A stretch of 64,000 nt of DNA, taken from the NCBI GenBank assembly GCA_040954595.2, contig CM082581.2:9589878-9653877 (forward strand), given 5' to 3'. Below, one piece after another: positions 12,901 to 23,854 of the stretch; position 1 is the first letter of the stretch; every line of letters starts with the position of its first letter. The notes under the pieces were generated by a model. It was not told the origin of the DNA. It worked only from the letters and a program-made list of their open reading frames with translations, and ran no database searches. Position numbers and translations under genes: made by a program. The DNA is from Balanoglossus misakiensis (Eukaryota; Animalia; Hemichordata).

Positions 12901-15900
12901 CTGTCATGTCAAACTGTAATTTTCTGAAGGGAAAAAAAAACTTCCCTGCTGTGATTGTCAAAATAATTGCACCAGTCCGATATGGTTGTATCATCCTCCT
13001 GGAAAATTACTTCACCTCTCTGACTCTTTAATGGGTCTCCAAATTGGAATGTCTGCTCAGATTGTTTTAAGATGCAAAGCTGTCGGTCGAGACCCGACCT
13101 ACATTTTTTTTGCAACTCTGCAAGGTACATGTACGCTATGGGTTCAGTGCTAGTAATGCCAGCTGTCAGCAGATACTGCCTAGAGCCTTTCAAAAAACAA
13201 TCTGGCTATTTCTCATCTGCTGAAACCTTTCTATCACGTTATAAACACATCCAGGATATATTCTGGGATTTATTCTCAAATAAGAACAAAATATATATCT
13301 TTAATACAACTAAATTGGAAAAATGCATTTTAAATTGCATGTAACTCATGAAAACTTCATCAGAGCTTACACAGATGAAAATATTTAACAAAGCTGCTTT
13401 AAAAAAAATATTTGAATTGCAAGACATAAATTGGATGAGCACATTACTAAATTCAAAGGAGTACTTTGTCAGTGCAGATGGGAAGTAAACCAATATCACC
13501 ATATGGATGTTTAAATCTCTTGTAAAAATTCACTGACACATTTCTGTCATTCATTTTATCCCTCACCTATTTTAAGCACCATGTCTGGGTCTGCCTCTTT
13601 GTCCACATACACGTGACAGATTCCTTCACTGTGGCCCAGAACTGGGATTCCCTTGCTTTCGTTCTGGATTTTCCGGACCAGTTCACTGGAGCCACGGGGG
13701 ATGACAAGATCGATCAATCCCTCAAGTTCCAGCAGATCACTGACCTCTTCCCTAGTTTCCACCTGCAAGTTAATAAAAAAATCGAGATGACGTAATGACC
13801 AGGTGACGTGGCCATTTGGTGACATCTTATATGAAACTTTATTCCAGCATCAGAGTATGCCACTGTTCAACCAATCAGATGTTGTGTTTCTGTGGATAGG
13901 GGTTTTCCTTCACCTTTCATGATTTGCTCATTGGGGTGGGGGATCAGCCAATCATGGCCAGTGTACTGTGGCATCACGGGAAAAGAACAAGGAAATGGAA
14001 AGAAGTTATGCCTATATATTGTCAATACTCGAGTCATACATATAACAAACACATTATTCCTCTGTTGACATATGATATCTTGGAAGAATGACAGGAAGAT
14101 ATAAATTCATATAGAGGGCACTATCACAGATCACCCGTATCAGACGATTTCATTTTCAAAATGTCGACATGACAGGTATAAATCCCACAGCAACTGACAA
14201 TCACTTTTATGCAAATCAAGTTCCCCGATGGCTATCCATTTTCCACAATTTACCAGGACGTTACTATAATAAGAAATGTCTGATGGCGATAACTACATTT
14301 TCCTGCTGTTTCAAACTGACAGCTCAGTGGGATCATGACCTGAAACAGTGTGTGCTTGTAGACATCTTGATTATTTTGGCTGCATGTATATTACACCCTG
14401 CAGGCCTAGACTGCCACCACTGTGACTCAGCTAATGCCCAACCTGGAGCACGTACATGTAAATTATTTGTCAACAAAATATTTACACTCCCTCAAGCAGG
14501 TTGAGGGTAAAGTTCATGTGTTAGCAGTCAGGGAAAAAATAGCTTATTTGCATGATTACAAAAGGTAGCCTCTGTGATAATTCGTGAATTGTCAAAATGT
14601 TACAGTAATTTCCGGCATGATATAATTCCTGGAGTGCACCATAAATTATGGAAATGGTTCTGACTGATTCACATCACGGTCACCCAACATAAATAACTCA
14701 TTGCCCAAACAGAAATTTATCAAAACTCCATGTTGCAAGGGGAAAATTGTTCTCTTGAGATTAAACCTGCTTACCAGAGATACAGCATCCTTTGGTGCGT
14801 GTAGTGACAAAGCTTCTTGTACCAAGCTGTGAAGATAGGCATTACTGTAAGCCGCTTCCTTGCCCCCTTTCAGCAGAAGACCGTTGGCGCTACCGATGGC
14901 CAGGGCAGCCACCTGAAACAAACACGATTAGCAAGAGTTGTCAACAGTGGGGAAATCTCCAGGAAGCATCTTCCAGCTGAGCAGCATCAACAAAACTCCC
15001 CCCCCCCCCTCCATCCCCTCAAGGCACTGACCCTTAGAAAAGCCACAGACATCTCCACGCAAAAGCGACTGTCTGAAGTGCCAGATAATACTGTCTTTAT
15101 ATGCATGTGGTTTTAACTTGTAGATCCAAATTCCCAAGATAAAATCCCAACGAACCCAGTCAAGCTTGTGACTGGATTGTTATTAGATTACATAAACCTA
15201 ACAACGTAATGTACATGTACATGTATTATGGCTACTTGGCATTATTCAGCATTTCCATATAGGACATACTGAGTGGCCCATCTTGCATATGGATTGCACT
15301 GAGTAAAATAACCTCTTTCAATGCACTGCTTTTCAAAAATGATTGAGCATGTGCCAGCGACAGTTACCGTGGAGATTTGAGATCCAGACATGCAAACACA
15401 GAAGATGCCTGTTTGACCATATATGGGCATATGCAAATTAAAAGTGACTGTATTCCTCTGACAGTCTCATGCTCACCTGTGGCAACGCATCTGGACGCGA
15501 CTCGAAGATGACCATCAGAACACCGATGGGTACCGTCTCCTGACAGAGATGCATCCCATCAGCCATTTGGATTTTCTTTAACACTCTGCCCACGTTCTCA
15601 TGAGAGGAGGTTGCTATCTGTCGCAGGCCGTCGGAGAGATTCTGTAACTTTCCGGGACTCAACGACAGACGGGCCAGCATCGGACCTGACAAGCCACCTG
15701 TGAACAGAAAAAATTTTCCCGCTCATTTTGAGATCTCAGGAGACTTGATTGATTACTGTAGTGATGGATTGTTAGCTGAGTAATACAAGTCAAGCTTTGT
15801 ATGAGATTCAATTAGGTGCAGACATTAACAAAAAATTGTAACTTTCGTGCCGTTTAACAAGATAGGCCATGTGTTATTGGTCTTGTGACATACAAGAATG

Positions 15901-18900
15901 TCCTCCCATATAAACTGCCTAGCCACGCAAGATCTCGGAGTTCGGAAAAAGGTCTATTGTATAAACATAAACAATCCACAACCAACACAAATCAGTGTAC
16001 TATAACTGGTCTATAGCTCAATAGACTAGTATCACCATACCTCTGCGTCTGGCCACTTCCACATCTTTTCTATTGGATGATAAAATCCTATCTTGTCTCT
16101 CAATTAACAGGTCGGCCAGCTTATTGATGATGTCAGCTCTCTGGATGATCGAAAGAGTCGATACGACGTGATTTAGTTCAAAAAAGCAATTCCTCAATAA
16201 TCTGCTAGTCACTGCCACAAGAATTCATGCAGTTCTGCACAACCAGGTCAAAATCACAATATTCAATCTTCACTGAAACTACTTGGAATCACTAATAGAA
16301 TTCTTCCTCTTTTGGCAGAGTCGCAGGTTGATAAGCACTGTTCTCAGGAGAGACTTCAGAGAGAAGTCGTACAGCAAATTGGTTCCTCGAAAACCTCTTC
16401 TGCGATCCAATCCCTTATCTTCTACCTTACCTTGTCTGGTGTAAGCGCTTGCAGGGCCCTGCCGCCTTCCCTAGCCTTCTCCGCTTGAATTTCCACGGAG
16501 ATCCCGGATTCCTTGGCGTTGGTGAAGAAGGTGCCAAGCTTCCTGCCGTTGATCACTTTCATGATGGTGTTGTCTAGGGTTGTGCCGTTGGCAATGACAA
16601 CGGTCGTTCCCCTGTCCAGGGCCCACTGAGCAGCTTTGACCTGCACGGGAAAAAAATTCACAGTGTCGCTTTAATTATAAACAACAGTAGCAGCAATAGA
16701 TTAATAACAATGCCAAATCGACAATTTTATTCAGCATAGAATACTGCAACAAAATCTGACTGTCAGCAGCAAGAGAACCCTTACCTTCGATTCCATTCCA
16801 CCAAGCCCAACCCTGGACTTGGAACCATAGACTATGGACGAGGCATCTCCGGGATAGAAGGTGCTCAACAGCTGTGATCCCTCCATTCCGGGTGGGCCCG
16901 AGTAGATGCCATCCACATCGGACAGGATGATCAGCAGATCGGCGTTCATCTCCACTGCCAACCGCGCGGCAAGACTGTCGTTGTCTTTGACACTGATCAC
17001 CTGATGAGGACAAGAATACATGTTATATCTCAGGCAGACTTTATGCTACGTGGTTGTGTGTCCAACATTAATAGGGTTCTTCATAGCACTGTCGCATGAC
17101 AGCCTTTGCCGTTTATATTTCAAATCCCCTCTACAAATACCTTAGATTTGGTAACACTTGCGCTGAATAAAATGATACAACGAATAGTGCATATACCGCC
17201 TTCCAGCAGTTTGTGATACTGCACTGCCGTTTATCAGTTTGAGTGATAAAATTCCCTTCACCGTTACATGACAATGGGCAGTGATTGTACGATGATGATG
17301 TCTTTAAGAATCCCCCGATACACATGCATTAACCATAGCAAGATTCTGGTGCACAAATTCATTTCAGCCACACACAGTTGCATCAAGCAAAGCAAAGCAT
17401 ACAGAATGGATTAGGACCTTATTAGTAAATACATGTCGATGATCTTACGCAAAGTGCAATGAAATGTATAGTACAAAGAAATGTTGGCTTTTTCGGTAAA
17501 AGTTGATGTCATTTGAACTGATGTTTGCATATTAAAGCTGTAACCTGACCCATCACTTTGTGAACTTTTTTAATGCGCATTAACGCATGCCACTGACCGC
17601 TCAATGAAGCTGTACGTTGACATCAAAAGAGAGCTGTCCGTGTGAAATGTACTCTAACAAGCAGTCTAAACTACCCATACGTGTCCAGTGATCGTGGTGT
17701 TCAACCATATTGTAAATGTCACCGTCTGCAACAGTCCGTGTGCATCGTGCATTCAATCAGATCTCTCACCCAGCGGCATTCACAGACAAGTTTAATGAAG
17801 TGTCAACCTCTAGTGTCAGAACGCACCAGGTGTGAATTAAAGCAAAAGACTAACAGACCCAGATGTCTACTCGAGCATGGACAAGTGTAGGCAAGTGTCA
17901 TTGATTCTGTGTCGCCCGATTACGTCCAATCAATTGTTGTCAGATGTCTAACCAGGTGTTCACACTGTTGTTATTCACTGGAAAGTGCACAGTAGCAATT
18001 TCAGGGGGGGGGGGGGGGCAGAGGCTTACTTGAGGTGAAAAATACAATTTTCCTGGAGTAAATGAACAGTAATTTAATCAACCGTTTTCAGCACTTTCCT
18101 CTACTGTATGTAAGAACCAGTCATTGTCAGCAGTGATAATCTTATACTCTGGCCCAATCGTCGACTAAAAACATATTCCTGCTTTCAATACTATCAGCGA
18201 AGCTTACTGCAGAGCTTTGTTCTTGTAAAATGTTTCAGTATCCATGATTTGATGACAATTTGATTAGATCACAGCTTGTGGATTATGGCATACAAGGCAT
18301 ACAAGCATTAAGGCCAAGTTACAGCTTAATATCTTAATGCATTCATCAGATCAAAGTGGGCAATGGACCAACAGCAATGAGTTCCAATTTGCATGACTTG
18401 TGCAAGAAAATTATAATGAATTTTAAGAATAATTTCCCCTTAATATCTATTGCAATTACAGATGAGATCAGCACAACCCAGTTGATTCGGACTGTATGAA
18501 CAAAATTTCATGTGGTTACTGCAGCCTCATTTGTAATGTTTTGCCACATCTAGTTTTAGAGTTATTGTCTTAAGTTGCTTGCTATTGTCAACTGGGTGTG
18601 CCCTCACTCATCTTTGCACATGAGCTTGATATGTGGTCGATTGGTATCAGGACGGTTCCCCCTGGACATCACCACCCCAGTCAGTGCTAGGGTAAGGGAT
18701 AGGGTTGGGTGCGTGAATGTCCAGGGGGAACAGTCCTAGAACCTGATTGATTAAATAAGAATGAAGCAGCGACAGAAAGCAAGAGGAGAATGAAGCGTTT
18801 TCATCGAAGTTGACAGAAATGGTATAGATTACTGATAAGTATCCATGGAAACTGAAACAAACAAGAGATAAATGGACACCAACTTTGTCAGCGCTTTTTG

Positions 18901-21900
18901 GCTTTGGTTCTTCGGGCTCTGGGGTGTATTCTGTGTCAAGACCCTCATATGCCAACAACTGCAACCAAACACAACCAAAAAAAAAGAAAAACAAAACTAA
19001 AAGTCACTCAAATGAACTATGAAGCGATTATGGCCAACTTTACTTTGCATGCATTATCGACAGAGAGGATAGTGTGAAGATTGATTAACACCAGAAACCC
19101 TAGATTGCGATGAGACTCACAGTTGAAAACACCATGATCATGAGTGACCAACACCTTGATTCTGATGATCACTCAAAAACATAGGCTCAGTTGAATGGAA
19201 TTGACTCAATGAGAATTTGCTGTTTCTCAAAGCTGACTTCGCAACTGCTGTATATCATCAGCTCTCACACTGAACATGGACAATAACATGAAATGTAGGT
19301 TACAACCTAACCACCAATTAAATGTCTTTGAAACCTATTACCTATAAATTTGCATTTATCTTATACTTTACAAACTTTGCTATGGATATCTATGGCATGA
19401 TTCTGGTTCGTTTTTATTGGATTTACACACACTCATGCTGTGTTAACAAATGATATATTGCATGTTTTGATATTGTTCTTCAAAAAGTCACCAGAAATAT
19501 TATGTTTTCCCTTAAAAGTTTGACTGCACTCACACTATCAGACTTGATGTTCTTGAAGAATAATGTTGATCGACTAAATTTGCTGCAAAATTACCAACAT
19601 GAAGACATATTATATGTAATTTATCCTACCCCCAAATCTTCAATTAACCATGGCTAAACTTCTAAAAAAGCCAAAAATGCTTACTTCGTGATACAAATAT
19701 TTATTCTTTATGAGTATTCCAGACTAATGGATTCATGAAGTTTACATTCCCCTGATCTGTCATTTTGGGAAAACAGACATTATTTGTTTACATAAAACAA
19801 TGTCAACCACTCAATCTGGCAATATTGTCAACATAAACTGTCACGGTGTTTGTCTAACACACTGAAAATTAATGTTTCCATGTCATGTCATTTCAAGGTT
19901 ATCTTTATGATCACAGAACAGGTGGAAGTAGAGTCCACAGGGAACGATAGAGCGAGATAGAAGGTAGGGAGTGTAGCAGTATAAGTAAGCAGGCATGCAA
20001 GCAAGAAAGCAGTAAGTTAGTCTCTCACATTCCCAGCCAGCCTTGGTGTGCCAGGGTGTGTTATTAGCTTGTTTGTGATGTTGCTATTTTTTATCACAGG
20101 AGAACATTTGTGGACTTCTCTCATCCGGCTCAAGTGACTTAGCCACAGGGACCGAGAAGCCTGTCAAGGACTTCAGCTCTTCTGAATGTGATAACTGCAC
20201 AAAGGCACCAAGGGGATGTGAGAGTCAAGAGAAAAGTGTCAACATTCCCACAATTACGTTCAGCTTGTTCTTATTTCTTCTTTCCAAGAACTACCGTTAA
20301 AGTCATTTTATAAGACGCACCTTTTTTGAGTGACAGTGTGTGCCGAAAAGGGGGTGCGACTTATAATACCAATGTTCTGTTGTATTCATTTCCTTAAAAT
20401 CTCCTCCCAAACAAGTCTTTCAAAGAAGGGGTGCGACTTATAATACCGCTGCGACTTATAAAGTGACTTTAACGGTACTTTCTTCTTCATATTTAATTTG
20501 AAAACCGTACAGACGGAAGTTTCTACATCTCCCCCTCTAGGTGGCGCTATGTAATACTATTAGGTGCACAGCCCTTGTATGGTGTCTATGATGAATTGTA
20601 CCTACCCCTTGCAGATCCTTATCTGGTTCTGGTGGTGGGGCAACCACGTCATTGGCGTTGATGATTGGTACAATCTTCATGCCAACCAGTTCACTCATTG
20701 TACTCCTCAAATTGTTCCGGGTGTAATCGTGATAGAAGTCTGGTTTTGTAACCAACACCTGTGAAAAGACCAAAATTGTTTAATAAATATATGTACCTCT
20801 CCTGAGCAGTCATAATTCCAAATTATTCCATTTTACAAAGTGGAAGTGTCACGATAATGTTGGGATGCAGAAAGAAGGGTAGGAAACTACAAGCAACTGT
20901 ACCTGTGCTGTAGTCACACCATACTGTGAAAACATAGCTTCATACAATGACATCAACCCGCTCTGTCCAGCTGCAGCACAGGCCCTGGGTTCAAGGATTA
21001 TCTGGCCCTGTCAAAATAAAACAAAACGAGAAAAATGGAAAGTTATAATTACAGATCATGGCATACATGTGTTGGCACTGTCAAATGAGTCAAACTCAGC
21101 TCTTCAAAGAAACATTTCACATTTTTTTGTTGGTGGCGCTATTGTTATTCATGCTAGTTAGTGAATGTGCAGCTACCTTGACCTTGACATGACCATATCT
21201 ACAAAAATTAGATTCCTCCTGATAATTTTTACTAAGCACATTTTTCTGTAGAAGATTTCAACATGCAATTGTGTAGATTTAGTTGCTACTCCAATACAGG
21301 AAGAATTCCTGACTGGCTCAGGTGGTCCGTCTTCAAGTCAGTTAATTTGATCTTAAAAGCACATTTCATTTTCACTACTTCTCCTTCTTAACAGAGGTCA
21401 CTGAATTATAACCTAGAGGTTGTTCGTTTCCACTGTCTATTGAACAAGCCATGAAACTGCTATACTGTCAAATTAACAGACAGTCATTTCATCAGGGATT
21501 TTACAGAGACGTATTTTAGAGAAAATAACAAGTCTCTGAACAGCACTGATCTCCATGACAACAGCACTGATCTCCATGACAACATTTGCTGTACAGTCCC
21601 ACTGATCATTTTTCACAGGCTAGTTTTGTGACGTGCATTTCGATGCTGGTTACTATATCACCTCAATAAGGAAATTACCATGACAACGGGCACAATGCAC
21701 TCTCTCAAAACGTCAGTCTCACCATCAGTCAATATTGAAAGGTTAAACAGATCGTTAAAGAACATCTATTCATAAAATGGGACATTCTAATGCAATTTGT
21801 TTCTATCCTGAGCTAACACAAACTCAATCAAGTAACACGGAAATGGCAAATGCCAACTTACAGTGCATCAAATTTTCATGAGACTTTTCCCTCATTCCAG

Positions 21901-23073
21901 CAATGCTGATGATTATTCATATTTCTAGCATTTACAATTTGTCTGTCTCAACATGACACGAATACATAAAGCTGACATTTCATCCCAAAATAGTGATCAC
22001 TGAATATTGTGGGTTATATTTGTGTACATGTACAGGCTTTTCCATTCACCTGACAATTTGCCCCAGCTAGGTGAAACACTAAACATTGACAAATTATAAC
22101 TGTGCAAACACTCCTGGCATTGGCTGATATAAAATAGATTTGACGTGTTCACTAGTTCATTTTTATTCATAAAAATTTTTAGTGGTGGAATGTGTTCACA
22201 TTTTTGTGTAAAATTAATACAATTCACATATAGTGATGTGTATATTTTGAAATAATATCACACTTCATTATATAATAATTAAAAATAATTTTTCTTTTCA
22301 TTCATGAGAATTTTAAGTGGTGGAATGTGGTAACATTATATAATAAAATTTGTACTTCACATGTAGTGATGATATGAAAATTTATTCATTCACTCACTCA
22401 CTTACCCCATTGACATCTCCCCGCTGTGACAAGGTCTGTCTCATACTCTGTGACATCATCACTTCATGACGGAGACGTTGTTTGCCAAATGCAACAGCCC
22501 CGCTGGTTACAACCAGCATTTCTCGTCCAGCAGTCTGCAATTCTGATACCTTTGCAATGAACAGAAATATTTCACATGATCAATTTTCCTGCATTGTTGA
22601 CATCATGGTATATTGGCAAGGGTTTTGTGCTAAATAAATAAAAACATTTGATTGATGAGAGCACAGATATCAAAATATTACGTGCAGATATTTCTTGTAG
22701 TTGTTGCCCCTACCTGTTCGATGATAGCAGCTAGTCTTCCTAAAGCAAGTCCACACTCGTCACCTCGAGTAATCACAGCGCTGCCGAGTTTCACAACAAT
22801 TCTCTTGCAATCTTTCAATTCTGATCTGAACGATACAGCTTTGAAATTGGCGGTTGATGTGGAAAAATGCCTCTCAGCTGATGCTGTATGACTTGATGAC
22901 TTACTCCCATGATATGTGTATGAACTGTTCGCAGACACGACTCTGCAGATTCTGCTATAATGTGCAGATCTGGAGAAATACATCCCACCAAGCTGAAACT
23001 GTTTGAAAATTGCATCGGTGTTCGTGCACAAGTTCAATGTCTTGCACTTTCTCAGCAAATTCGCAGCGGCCAT
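9946..23073 (-). CDS. ALDH18A1: Delta-1-pyrroline-5-carboxylate synthase (bifunctional gamma-glutamyl kinase / gamma-glutamyl phosphate reductase)
   Basis: 14 constitutive coding exons with GT-AG ends and consistent phases: 23073-22714, 22549-22406, 21007-20903, 20758-20606, 17000-16785, 16640-16431, 16140-16041, 15697-15477, 14912-14775, 13762-13567, 12263-12142, 10678-10492, 10364-10269, 10106-9946. Motifs [101 protein letters not shown]. The N-terminus is Arg/Ser-rich like a mitochondrial transit peptide. Confidence 0.98.
15898..15959. repeat. Second copy of the 5946-6020 dispersed repeat, in an ALDH18A1 intron
   Basis: Alignable by eye to 5946-6020, with a short internal deletion. Confidence 0.65.
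18643..18743. mobile_element. 101-bp fold-back MITE with a degenerate telomere-like core (MULE-like)
   Basis: Arms ggtatcaggacggttccccctggacat ... atgtccagggggaacagtcctagaacc (15-bp perfect inner stem). Core tagggtaagggatagggttggg. Flanks tggtcgatt / tgattgatt (7/9 match, possible 9-bp TSD). Confidence 0.65.
18884..18958 (-). other. Candidate 75-nt in-frame cassette exon of ALDH18A1 ([25 protein letters not shown])
   Basis: Strong T-rich acceptor (ttttctttttttttggttgtgtttggttgcag), donor AAA|GTTGGT, phase 0-0 matching the host intron, no stop codon. Confidence 0.55.
20029..20194 (-). other. Candidate alternative exon of ALDH18A1 (166-nt stop-containing form or 132-nt in-frame form)
   Basis: Donor AAT|GTGAGA at 20029. 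The strong acceptor ...ccccttggtgcctttgtgcag (exon start 20194) gives an in-frame TAG. The weaker acceptor ccttgacag (exon start 20160) gives 44 open codons, phase 0-0. Confidence 0.35.
20294..20475. mobile_element. Tc1/mariner(pogo)-type MITE, 182 bp, TA target duplication
   Basis: TA-ccgttaaagtcattttataagacgcacc ... gctgcgacttataaagtgactttaacgg-TA (~28-bp imperfect TIRs); two internal copies of ggggtgcgacttataatacc. Confidence 0.9.
21539..21580. repeat. Perfect 21-bp tandem duplication (intronic)
   Basis: aacagcactgatctccatgac x2. Confidence 0.9.
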
Positions 23074-23353
23074 CTTTCAGGTGATGCTGATCGATTCTCT
23101 ACAGCTGTTCGTAGAAATGGGTTCCCAATGTCGATTCTTGTTGCCAAGGCTACGACTCGGCCACCAGGCCACGTATGCAGTTTAAATCTTCCGTTTCTTT
23201 CACAGTCTTCGCAAGGAATGCTATACAGTGTTGTGAAAGGCTTCTCTGTTGACCTAATTAACGTGGAAACGTCCAAAGAGTGGGAAGTGAATGAATGGAA
23301 TCCCAAGCGCAGCTCAGGAAGGGGCTGTGGTAAATAAACAGTCACTTACTTAC

Positions 23354-23854
23354 AGCGTCTGGCGACTGGCGACGTCGTCGTCACGTCCAATGAATGAATT
23401 ATGTTGATACTGATGCAATCCCCGAACTGATCTATTCGCACTGGATAACTATGATATCACTTTGAGTGTAGTTTGCACCTTGAAATCGCAGATTTTGTAC
23501 AACATACTGCGCCTTCCCACACGACGACCAGTCTCTGCAGTGAGCCGCGCTTCGTGTGTGACCTCTGACCCCTATCGTTTAGATGATGCAATTTCTACAT
23601 GTGCTTTGTGACCTGACCTGACCTTCTCAAACAAAAGGTGTTAATGATGGCCCATTCTTTGGCCGGCCATTCATTGTTATGCTGATAAACACTTCACTAA
23701 TTTTGCATACACATTTTCCCACGGAATGACCGAATACAAACTGCCCAAAGCCAACAACCCCCAAGCTCAATAAAGGCCAATATCAAAGTTTGTTCTTTTT
23801 CATTGGTTCATTTCAGGCCTCTCGCCACGCCCTGATGACCATGTTGACATAATC
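23354..23854. promoter_or_regulatory. Shared divergent promoter and 5' UTR region of ALDH18A1 and SMYD5
   Basis: Start codons 23073 (-) and 23855 (+) point apart; a minus-strand donor GTAAGT near 23353 suggests a non-coding first exon; locally CpG-richer. Confidence 0.6.

Noticed and set aside
18647-18994. 115-aa minus-strand ORF as an independent gene
   Set aside because: It strings together a polypyrimidine tract, the 25-aa candidate exon, intron sequence and a MITE; only the 75-nt part has exon boundaries.
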